The notes beneath the pieces were generated by a model. The model ran no database searches and was not told where the DNA came from. It saw only the letters and a list, made by a program, of their open reading frames with translations. Positions 17,793 to 24,894 of a DNA stretch of 52,007 bases are shown in pieces. The position numbers and the translations under genes were made by a program. The stretch is taken from the IMG/VR virus record IMGVR_UViG_3300042360_000367, positions 1-52,007 of that record. One strand, written 5' to 3'. Each line of letters starts with the position of its first letter. The first letter of the stretch is position 1. This stretch comes from a virus (lineage: Duplodnaviria > Caudoviricetes).

Positions 17793-17893
17793 GTCTTGCT
17801 CCGGTTGGTGTTTCGATGGGTGTTATTGAATCACATAAACCAGCGCAGCACAAGCCCCTTCGCACAAGTTTTTGCATCACGTATACTCGCCGC

Positions 17894-18061
17894 ATGGAAG
17901 AACCAAAAAACCATGGTGGCCGCCCACCCGTGCCGCCTGAACAGCGCCTGGTGCAGCGCTCCATTCGCCTCACGCCTGCGCAGTGGGCCAAGATCGACGC
18001 GCAGGGGCTTGCGTGGCTTCGTGCGCTCATAGATCGTGCCCGCACTCCACCAGCCGGCTAA
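17894..18061 (+). CDS. Cassette 9 gene C: ribbon-helix-helix (Arc/CopG-like) regulator
   Basis: MEEPKNHGGRPP...VQRSIRLTPAQWAKI..GLAWLRALID; stop TAA lies in R'' of attC9 (canonical orientation); TATACT ends 6 nt before the ATG. Confidence 0.65.
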   Translation: MEEPKNHGGRPPVPPEQRLVQRSIRLTPAQWAKIDAQGLAWLRALIDRARTPPAG

Positions 18062-18121
18062 CCCTTCACTGAACGCGGACCCGTCACTGCGTGCCGGTCC
18101 GCTTTAGTTCAAACGTTAGGC
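18056..18121 (+). repeat. attC site 9
   Basis: GGCTAAC-CCTTC-ACTGAACGCGGACC...GGTCCGCTTTAGT-TCAAAC-GTTAGGC (66 bp). Confidence 0.85.
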
Positions 18122-18387
18122 GGCTCGTGGCGGGCCTGCAGTTGGCACTTCAGGCAAAGCGGCGCCATCTGCCGAACCGGCTTGCCGCGCGCCGTGCGCG
18201 CCTCCCACTCCATCACATCGCCGCTCAATTCCTGCGGGTAGCGCCACAGCCCGCACTTGCCGCACTGCTTCTGCCGCAGCCCGGCCTTGTGCTGCGCCTC
18301 GGCCCACTCGTGCCAGGCCAAGTAGCCCTCGGGCGCTTGGTCGCCGGGCTTGTAGTGCGCCTGTTCCAAGATGCAGGCAACCTTCAC
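18109..18387 (-). CDS. Cassette 10 gene A: Zn-ribbon protein
   Basis: 'PEGYLAWHEWAE..QCGKCGLW...CLKC'; reads a few codons into attC9. Confidence 0.65.
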   Translation of the reverse strand: MKVACILEQAHYKPGDQAPEGYLAWHEWAEAQHKAGLRQKQCGKCGLWRYPQELSGDVMEWEARTARGKPVRQMAPLCLKCQLQARHEPPNV

Positions 18388-18626
18388 GGCTCAATCCTCG
18401 CGTCACACTCGAATACGATGAATGGCGGCGGGGCCATCCAGACTTGCAGCGGAAACGTGCTGCGGTCGGTGCGGCGCAGGCAGTCTTCGCAGCCCTCGCG
18501 CCAGTCGCCGGGCTCGGGGTCGTAGCCTGCGCACCGCGCCACGTCTGCGGGCAGCCGCCTAACTCCTCGCTGAACCACCGGACCCGCGTCGGCGGCCGGC
18601 TTTGTCTCGTTTGCTTGCGTCATCAC
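18384..18626 (-). CDS. Cassette 10 gene B: Cys-rich small protein starting inside attC10
   Basis: AAGGAGG SD and GTG/ATG inside attC10; 'DVARCAG..CEDCLRR..C'. Confidence 0.7.
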   Translation of the reverse strand: MMTQANETKPAADAGPVVQRGVRRLPADVARCAGYDPEPGDWREGCEDCLRRTDRSTFPLQVWMAPPPFIVFECDARIEP

Positions 18627-18659
18627 GCCTCCTTGGTCCGGTTAGCTCGAACGTTAGGC
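18557..18659 (+). repeat. attC site 10
   Basis: GCCTAAC-TCCTC-GCTGAACCACCGGACC...GGTCCGGTTAGC-TCGAAC-GTTAGGC. Confidence 0.85.
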
Positions 18660-18971
18660 CCTCAAGGCTCGCAAAGCAGGGCACGCCTGCTCGCACACTT
18701 CGGCCAGCACAGCCGCCGCGATGTCGTCAAACGCTGTGTCTGATCTGCTCACGCGCCAGTGCACCGCACCCAAGGCGGCGCGCAACATTTGAATCTCCAT
18801 GTCGCGGTGTGCCAGCTCGGCCGCAATCGCACTCTTTGCGTGCAAGCCTTCCCCCGTCATCGCGCTCATGTGGCGCACAAAGAGTTCACCCTGGGCAACA
18901 TGGTCACGCTCCGCATACAGCGGGCCTAACCCCTCGCTCAGCCCCCGACCTGCACTGTCCCCGCCGCTCAT
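18654..18971 (-). CDS. Cassette 11: phage hypothetical protein
   Basis: MSGGDSAGRGLSEGLGPLYAERD..HMSAMTGEGLHAKSAIAAELAHRD; ATGA overlap with the upstream gene; stop at the crossover. Confidence 0.7.
   Translation of the reverse strand: MSGGDSAGRGLSEGLGPLYAERDHVAQGELFVRHMSAMTGEGLHAKSAIAAELAHRDMEIQMLRAALGAVHWRVSRSDTAFDDIAAAVLAEVCEQACPALRALRA
18924..18953 (+). repeat. Half attC (R''/L'' arm only)
   Basis: GCCTAACCCCTCGCTCAGCCCCCGACCTGC identical to the first 30 bp of attC2; no L'/R' arm follows. Confidence 0.75.
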
Positions 18972-20098
18972 GGCTGGCCTTTCAGGGCGGCGCCCTTGGG
19001 TGCGGGGCTGTAGTCCGGGCGCTTCCATGTGCCGCGAATGACGCTGATGCAGTCGTCGCTGTCGAGCATGTAGTCGCCCTCGGTGACGCAGTGGTCGTCC
19101 TCGGCCTTGATGGCGACGCACAGGCGCTCGCGCTCGGCTGCTAGCGCCTCCGCCAGCCCCTGCTGCACGGCATCGCGCGGGGGCTGCTCTGCCAGAGCGC
19201 CGGCCGCAAAGACACCCCCGGCCGCATCCTCAAGCGCGCACAGTTCCGCCATTTCGGCGGCGCTGCGCTCCGGCTGCTCTCGGCGCACACGGCCTGCATT
19301 CGGGCCGCCAGAAATAAGCCGCGACCGCTGCGCGGGTGTCAGGGTTAGGGGCTGCTCTGCGCGCTCGGCTGGCGTGGGGTGGGTGGCGGCTAGCTTGCGC
19401 AGTTTGCTGGCGAACAAGTAAGCGTTCTCAAGAAGATGCGCAGCCCGAGTGCACACCTCGCCGCGACGAGAGCTACCGCCGCGTAGATCGGCTGCCGTTT
19501 TCAGCCAAGCCGCAAGCTCGCCATCGTCGGGCAGTTCAGCGGGCGCCGGCTGCTCTTGTGCGGCTGGCGTGGGGTGGGTGGCGTAGAACGGGCGCCAGCC
19601 TGCGGCGCGCGCCTCGGCTTCAGTCAGCGGCGCGGGCGGCTGCGGCCCTTTGTGGAAGGCGGGGGCGTAGAAGTGGGGTGGCTCGCTGTCACGAACCCAC
19701 CACGCGGGTGCCGGCTGCTCTTGTGCGGCTGGCGTGGGGTGGGTGGCGGCAAACCGGGAAAGCATCAGGCGCTCAATGGCCCTGGCTACGGCTCGGTCGT
19801 ATTCCTGCGGTGCCATGTTGGCGCACATGATTTCGCTGCACGCCTCGTCAATCTCGGCATCCCGCAGGATGGCCGGCGCCGGCTGCTCTTGTGCGGGCGC
19901 TGCTGAAGGACACACCTGATGCCCGTTGCGAGCCCAAACGCAATCCTTGGGCGAGATTGCGCTTTGCTGCTCTTGTGCGGGCGGGTGGGCGTAGAGGGGC
20001 GTTCCCTCGGGCCGCGGCGCACCGTTCCACTCAAGCGTGTAGCGGCTCATGTGAACCTCGGCGACAAACGCCACCGGCCCGGCCTCGGTCTTGCTCAT
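18968..20098 (-). CDS. Modular early protein with repeated ATHPTPAAQEQPAPA linkers (Ead/Ea22-style mosaic)
   Basis: Start MSKTEAGP at 20098 overlapping the upstream stop; repeated linker peptides. Confidence 0.7.
   Translation of the reverse strand: MSKTEAGPVAFVAEVHMSRYTLEWNGAPRPEGTPLYAHPPAQEQQSAISPKDCVWARNGHQVCPSAAPAQEQPAPAILRDAEIDEACSEIMCANMAPQEYDRAVARAIERLMLSRFAATHPTPAAQEQPAPAWWVRDSEPPHFYAPAFHKGPQPPAPLTEAEARAAGWRPFYATHPTPAAQEQPAPAELPDDGELAAWLKTAADLRGGSSRRGEVCTRAAHLLENAYLFASKLRKLAATHPTPAERAEQPLTLTPAQRSRLISGGPNAGRVRREQPERSAAEMAELCALEDAAGGVFAAGALAEQPPRDAVQQGLAEALAAERERLCVAIKAEDDHCVTEGDYMLDSDDCISVIRGTWKRPDYSPAPKGAALKGQP
19545..19748. repeat. 39-bp perfect direct repeat (19545-19583, 19710-19748) with partial copies near 19366, 19878 and 19967
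   Basis: GCCGGCTGCTCTTGTGCGGCTGGCGTGGGGTGGGTGGCG. Confidence 0.85.
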
Positions 20099-20481
20099 GA
20101 TGCTCTCCGTTCTTCGTTGGCGGCCATCTGCGCCACGGCGAAGATGCTGTTGGGGGTGGTGGTAATGACCTGGCGCAGGGCGCGCAGCTTCTTCTTGTAG
20201 CGGCGCGTGCGCTCCGCATTCGTGAGCGTGCCGGGCCGGCGCGCGTCGGGCTGATTGCCCAGGGCGTACACGGCGCGCAGTTGGTCGCGCGTGTCTTCCT
20301 GCTTGCGCACCCAGCGGGCGATGTAGATGCAGCGCGTCAGTTGCACGCCCTTGTGCATCGTTGAGATTGAGGCTGACACCCTGAACTGGTCCGCCGCAGG
20401 CCAGAAGGCCTGCACCTCGGATCGCGTCATGGGGCCATGCTCGGCCAGAAGCGCGCGGATGGCTGCGTAGCTGGGTTTCAC
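20095..20481 (-). CDS. Hypothetical protein, winged-HTH-like
   Basis: GTG start overlapping the upstream TGA; 'IRALLAEHGPMTRSEV'. Confidence 0.6.
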   Translation of the reverse strand: MKPSYAAIRALLAEHGPMTRSEVQAFWPAADQFRVSASISTMHKGVQLTRCIYIARWVRKQEDTRDQLRAVYALGNQPDARRPGTLTNAERTRRYKKKLRALRQVITTTPNSIFAVAQMAANEERRAS

Positions 20482-21740
20482 GCCACCTCCAGCGCATCGA
20501 CGGCGGCGAACCAGCGGGCCCACCATTCCGGGCCCATCTTGGGGTGCGTGGGGAAGCGGCTCGCGCGGGCTTCGGCGGCCAGGGCGCGCAGGGTGTCGGC
20601 GGGCGTGGGCTCAGGTGTCAAGGATTCCTTGACAGTTGCCGGCTCCGGGTTCACCTCGGCCAGCCCCACGGCCTCGCCCGGGTCTGCGCGGTCGCCGCCC
20701 ATCTCGGCTGCAGTGGTGTGCGGGGCAGCGTCGGGATCGTCGGCGCGGATCGGGTCGCCCGGGTCGGTGGCGATGGCGTCCAGGGTGTCGCCCAGGGCCA
20801 GCAGGTTCGGCAGCGCGGCGGCCTTCTCGCGTGCCGTGGCGGCTGCGCAGCTGGTCTCGAACTCCGCTTGAAGCTCTGCCGCGCGCTTCAGGTCCAAGGC
20901 GGCCAGCCGGTCGCTCTCGGCTTGCTTGGCCGCAGCCTCCGCAGCCCGTGCCGCGGCCTCACGCGCGGCCAGTTCCTCGGCGGCCTTGCGGATGGCGGCG
21001 GCCTCGGCAGCGATGCGGCGTTCCTGCTCGGCGAGCTCGGCGGCCCGGCGCTCGTTTTCCAGCCTGATGGCCTCCTGCCGCGCCGCCTCGGCCTCGCGCG
21101 CCGTAGCCTGGGCGTGCAGCACCTGCATCTGTTCCAGCGCGCGGGCCTTGGCGCCGGCCAGGGCTTCGGCACGGGCGGCGTCGGTGTCGCTCACGTCGCT
21201 GTCGGTCAGCATCTGGATGCCCCGGGCGATACGCTCGGCCGTCATGCCCACTTCCTGGCAGCGCAGCAGGTAGCCGGCGATGGTCTGCAGGCGCGCGGCG
21301 TGGCGCTCCTGGGCCTCGCGCTCGATGCGCTCTTTCTCGGCCTTCTCAGCAGCCCGGCGCTGCTCGTCGGCCTTGATCTGCGCGTCTATCGGCGCCTCCA
21401 GGGCTTCGATCTCGGCCGTGATGCGCGCGGCCTCGGTGTCGATCAGCTTGCCGTAGGCCAGCGCCGGGGCCTTGAAGTCCTTGCGGCGCTTCTCCAGCGT
21501 CGTGCGCAGCGTCACGCAGCGCAGGCGGTCGGCGCGGGCCGCTTGGTCGCCCTTCGTGGTCTTCAGGTCGTAGGTCTTGCCGGCCAGTTCCGCCTTCAGC
21601 GCGGCCAGGCCTGCCTCGGTGGCGCTGTACTTCACCAGCGGGGTGCCGTTGACGATCTGCGCGCGGTCCACCACCTCGTCAGCCACTTCGGCGCGGCGGG
21701 CGATGGTGTCCACGATCTCGGGAAGGGGGGTGTCAAACAC
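20478..21740 (-). CDS. Coiled-coil phage protein of the recombination module
   Basis: GTG at 21740 after GGAG; 'LEKRRKDFKAPALAYGKLIDTEAARI..IEALEAPIDAQIK'. Confidence 0.7.
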   Translation of the reverse strand: MFDTPLPEIVDTIARRAEVADEVVDRAQIVNGTPLVKYSATEAGLAALKAELAGKTYDLKTTKGDQAARADRLRCVTLRTTLEKRRKDFKAPALAYGKLIDTEAARITAEIEALEAPIDAQIKADEQRRAAEKAEKERIEREAQERHAARLQTIAGYLLRCQEVGMTAERIARGIQMLTDSDVSDTDAARAEALAGAKARALEQMQVLHAQATAREAEAARQEAIRLENERRAAELAEQERRIAAEAAAIRKAAEELAAREAAARAAEAAAKQAESDRLAALDLKRAAELQAEFETSCAAATAREKAAALPNLLALGDTLDAIATDPGDPIRADDPDAAPHTTAAEMGGDRADPGEAVGLAEVNPEPATVKESLTPEPTPADTLRALAAEARASRFPTHPKMGPEWWARWFAAVDALEVA

Positions 21741-21942
21741 GGGTGTCGCTCCACTGTTCGTTCGTGAGATCCGGCCGCGGGTCGCGGTAGCCGTCCACAC
21801 GGCACCGCTGCTGCGGCAGGAGGATTGAGGGGTGGGCCCGGGGCCGCTTCACGGCGCACTGCGGGCAGTTCACGCCGTACTTGGCGCGCAGTGCCTTGCG
21901 GTGGTCGTCAAGGGCCCGGAAGCCTTCGATGGCGTCACCCAC
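21733..21942 (-). CDS. Small Cys-containing hypothetical protein
   Basis: CPQC motif; tightly packed in the operon. Confidence 0.55.
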   Translation of the reverse strand: MGDAIEGFRALDDHRKALRAKYGVNCPQCAVKRPRAHPSILLPQQRCRVDGYRDPRPDLTNEQWSDTRV

Positions 21943-21945
21943 GGC

Positions 21946-22704
21946 CTAGAACTCCGCAGGCGCGAGGGCGCGCTTCGGCTCCACGGGCGCCGTGGGCAAA
22001 TCCCAGGGGGCGTCCATGTCGGGGGTGGTGGGGGCGGCAGGGGCGGCCGGGCCGGCGATGCGGTGCGTTCGGTCGAACTCGGCGATCACCTCGGCGTAGT
22101 ACGCACGCGCATGCTTCGCCTTCTCGACCATCGCGGCCTCAATCGCCATGTCGCGGTCAATCGCCCAAGTCGTCACGCGCAAGTGCTCTGCGATGTGCGA
22201 GACAACGTGCAGCGGCAGCGGCTCAAAGTTGCCGATCAGTTCCTTCGGCGTGTCAACCAAGCAGTAGGCGACGCGGAAGCGCGGCCGGTTGTAGAGGCGC
22301 ATGTAGACGCGGCCCTGAAACTCGTACAGCTTCCGTTGCGCTTCGGCCACGTCATCTACGCTGATCGGGTAGGTCGCGGCAGACCATGCCGACTTGATGT
22401 CTACGACCTCGGCCGGGTCCAAATGGTCGCACTCGCCTGTGAAAAACTCATCTTCAAGGCGCTGCTTGTTCTTCACCACCGACCGGCCAAAGACGCGATT
22501 GAACAGCGCCGATGATTCGGACTCAACAAGGTTCCCCTTCTCAAGTTTCTTGTCCGAAACCGCGAAGTCAACGCCCAGGATTTCCTGCGCGGCCATGTTG
22601 CGGATTGCAGTTTTCGCGCCGACAGACAGAACCTCGCTCTTGGACTTCGGCTCGGTCATCAGCAAGCCAAAGCTGCTGGCGCGGAATAGAACATTGCGCT
22701 TCAT
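21946..22704 (-). CDS. YqaJ/lambda-exonuclease-like nuclease
   Basis: 'FRASSFGLLM', 'KGNLVE', 'TGECD...VVDIKS' (PD-(D/E)xK), 'YEFQGRVYM'; adjacent to ERF. Confidence 0.75.
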   Translation of the reverse strand: MKRNVLFRASSFGLLMTEPKSKSEVLSVGAKTAIRNMAAQEILGVDFAVSDKKLEKGNLVESESSALFNRVFGRSVVKNKQRLEDEFFTGECDHLDPAEVVDIKSAWSAATYPISVDDVAEAQRKLYEFQGRVYMRLYNRPRFRVAYCLVDTPKELIGNFEPLPLHVVSHIAEHLRVTTWAIDRDMAIEAAMVEKAKHARAYYAEVIAEFDRTHRIAGPAAPAAPTTPDMDAPWDLPTAPVEPKRALAPAEF

Positions 22705-23471
22705 CACTGCGCCCCCGCCGCGCGAAGCGCCGCACCGCGGGCCTGCACGGCTGCGGCGAACAGCTTGTAGGCTTCCACGTCGCCAGCGCCGCGGAAGTGC
22801 TTGGCGCCGTCCTTGGACACGCGATCCAGTTCCTGCAGGCTCTGCGCCAGCGCAGCGCGGCCGGACCAAACTTCCAGCGGGTCAGAGCCGCCGCCGTCAG
22901 CGCCGCCCGCACCGTCATCGTCAGCATCGGTCGCGGCAAGGCCCAGGATGGCCGTGGCGGTGTAGCGCTCCAAGTAGGTCTTGGTGCTCCCTCGGGCCTG
23001 GATGGCGTTGCGGCCAGGGCCGGTGTCAGGTGCGCCGCCCATTGAGACTGACTCGACGTGCCCCAGCGCGTGCTTGAGGTAGCACGTCACTTCGAGCCAG
23101 TCCTTCTCGTCCTTCGTCAGCTTCCAGCTGATGCTGAGGCCGTGCTTGGACAGGGCCGGCGTCGTGGCGCTCACCACGTCAAACAGGTTCGCATGCTTGC
23201 CGCCCTGCAGGGGACCGCTGGCGATGGTCTTGCTCTTGATGATGGTCACGGCCTCGGACTTGAAGCCGGCCACGGCGGCAGCGTGCGCGCGGGCGGCCTC
23301 GGCGGCTTCGTGGCGCTCCTTCAGGTCCATCAGCTTTTCGACATAGGCCAAGTCGGCGCCGCGCTCCACTGCGATCTGCAGCAGTTGCGCGGGCGATGCC
23401 GCCACCAGCGCGCGGGGCTGCTGCACAACCTGCGCCTCTGCGGTGGGGATGAGTTCAAGGGTGTCGTTCAC
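22704..23471 (-). CDS. erf: ERF-family single-strand annealing protein
   Basis: 'PALSKHGLS', 'VTCYLKHALGHVES', 'QARGSTKTYLERYT..AILGL...DDDG'. Confidence 0.85.
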   Translation of the reverse strand: MNDTLELIPTAEAQVVQQPRALVAASPAQLLQIAVERGADLAYVEKLMDLKERHEAAEAARAHAAAVAGFKSEAVTIIKSKTIASGPLQGGKHANLFDVVSATTPALSKHGLSISWKLTKDEKDWLEVTCYLKHALGHVESVSMGGAPDTGPGRNAIQARGSTKTYLERYTATAILGLAATDADDDGAGGADGGGSDPLEVWSGRAALAQSLQELDRVSKDGAKHFRGAGDVEAYKLFAAAVQARGAALRAAGAQ

Positions 23472-23481
23472 GGGGTTTCCT

Positions 23482-23754
23482 TCAGAGAGCCCGTGCCAAA
23501 GCGGCCAGGGCGGTGGAGATGCGGCGGCCGATCAGGCGCCAGCGGGTGATGGGGTGGGGGTTGCGGTACGGTCCTTCCACAGCGCCGGAAGACAGCAGCA
23601 ACTCGCCCAGCGGGGTGGTGGCCGTGTCGCGCTCGGCCTGCTTGGCGTCCAAGTGCTGCTCGGTCAGCGCGCGGGTCATGTGCGGGTAGTGCGAGGGTTC
23701 GACGTTGCAATCGAACGCGGCCAGCAGTTCTGCGGGAGTAGCGACGCGGCGCAT
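23482..23754 (-). CDS. Hypothetical protein
   Basis: MRRVATPAELLAAF...; coupled to neighbouring genes. Confidence 0.55.
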   Translation of the reverse strand: MRRVATPAELLAAFDCNVEPSHYPHMTRALTEQHLDAKQAERDTATTPLGELLLSSGAVEGPYRNPHPITRWRLIGRRISTALAALARAL

Positions 23755-23933
23755 CACGCGCCCCCCGTCAGCACGTTGATGGCGTGCACGCCCAGCGCCG
23801 TGCCGCAGCCGATGGCCAGGAGCCACCGGGCAATGCACGCCAGGGCCTGCTCGGCGGCTTCCTGGGCGCGGGCGTTGTAGGCGTTCATCGCCTGCGCGGC
23901 CTCGTCGGCTTCGCGGATCTCGGCGGGGCTCAT
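23754..23933 (-). CDS. Small membrane protein
   Basis: MSPAEIREAD... with a C-terminal hydrophobic helix. Confidence 0.55.
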   Translation of the reverse strand: MSPAEIREADEAAQAMNAYNARAQEAAEQALACIARWLLAIGCGTALGVHAINVLTGGA

Positions 23934-24199
23934 GCGGCACCACCCTTCTCGCGCTCGACCAGCATGGCGTCGGCCATCACAAAGGACAGGCGGGCAACAA
24001 CAGCAGCCAACTCCGGGAACTGGCCTTCTGACGAGGCGTGAGAGCCCGCCAGCAGCGTCGTCATCGCCTTGATGGCTGCGTAGTCCCGCAGGCTCATGCC
24101 GGGGTCCACAGTCACAGCTTCGCGCTCGCCATAGTCGTGGTTGAACTGCGTGCCGAGTTGAGGGAACGCCGGCCCGCCGGTGTTGATCGGCGCGCTCAT
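23930..24199 (-). CDS. Conserved phage early protein
   Basis: 'TGGPAFP...GMSLRDYAAIKAM...ADAML' motif common in proteobacterial phages. Confidence 0.7.
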   Translation of the reverse strand: MSAPINTGGPAFPQLGTQFNHDYGEREAVTVDPGMSLRDYAAIKAMTTLLAGSHASSEGQFPELAAVVARLSFVMADAMLVEREKGGAA

Positions 24200-24483
24200 A
24201 CGCCCCTCCGCTCGACCATCGCGTACAGCGTGGAACCCGGGCCGTACTGGCGCACGTAGTCGGCCATCGCGGCACCAAGGCGCACGCTGTTCACCGTGTC
24301 CGCGATGCGCCACGCGCAGGCCAGCGCCTGCACGAAGCTGCCGCCGTAGGCCTGCATCGCGGCCAGCGTCGTGCGGCGCTCGGCCTCAGTCATGGAGATC
24401 CACACCGGCATGCGCTTGGCGTCACCCACGGCAACGTCGGCGCGCTGGGCCGGCGTCAGCAGGGAGTCCAGCAGGGCGCTCAC
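24196..24483 (-). CDS. Hypothetical protein
   Basis: 'MQAYGGSFVQALACAWRIAD..N..RL'; coupled starts and stops. Confidence 0.65.
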   Translation of the reverse strand: MSALLDSLLTPAQRADVAVGDAKRMPVWISMTEAERRTTLAAMQAYGGSFVQALACAWRIADTVNSVRLGAAMADYVRQYGPGSTLYAMVERRGV

Positions 24484-24782
24484 GCTGCCACCTCGCCCAG
24501 CTTCGCCAGCTCACGGGTGCAGTACGCGATGTTCGCGGCCTTGGCCGCCTGCCGCGTGTACTCGGTGTAGTAGTCGCACTCCGGGTAGGCCGGGTCGAAG
24601 CCCTGCTGCGCTTCGGTCAGCGCAGCCTGCAGCCGGGCGCGCTTGTCGGCCACCGCCTCGGCGGCCATCGGGATGTAGTGGGCGCGCTGACGGGCCCGCT
24701 CCGCAGCGTGGCGGGCCTTGATGCCGTCAACGATGGCCTGCAGGTCAGCTTGGACCGCAGGCGGGGCAAAAGTCGTTTGCAC
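24480..24782 (-). CDS. First gene of the early-left operon, hypothetical
   Basis: GTG at 24782 after GGAG; downstream of the OL operators. Confidence 0.6.
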   Translation of the reverse strand: MQTTFAPPAVQADLQAIVDGIKARHAAERARQRAHYIPMAAEAVADKRARLQAALTEAQQGFDPAYPECDYYTEYTRQAAKAANIAYCTRELAKLGEVAA

Positions 24783-24821
24783 TTCGCGTCTCCAACGCCG
24801 GGATGGCGTGAGACGCAAATC

Positions 24822-24860
24822 TAGCAAACTACTTTGCTATCTGCAAGCAAGATTTTTTGC
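24822..24860. promoter_or_regulatory. OL operators and PL region
   Basis: GCAA-N6-TTGC at 24824-24837 and 24847-24860. Confidence 0.75.
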
Positions 24861-24894
24861 CTGCCCCTAGATTGGCCTTGCGGCCAAAGTCAGC

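Larger units (their letters stand above)
14343..18971. mobile_element. Integron-type gene-cassette array (CALIN-like), 11 cassettes, genes mostly antisense to attC polarity
   Basis: 10 complete attC plus one half site; each cassette's leading GTTR.. is complementary over 8-11 nt to its own terminal ..TAAC; complete cassettes 285-769 bp. Confidence 0.88.

Noticed and set aside
14343-18953. CRISPR array or simple REP/terminator repeats
   Set aside because: The repeats are non-identical 66-121 bp imperfect palindromes separated by whole genes, with no U-tracts and no cas genes; the attC box structure explains them better
19344-19350. GTTAGGG as the missing R' of attC11
   Set aside because: It lies about 400 bp from R'' inside a coding region, with no L' box or complementary arm
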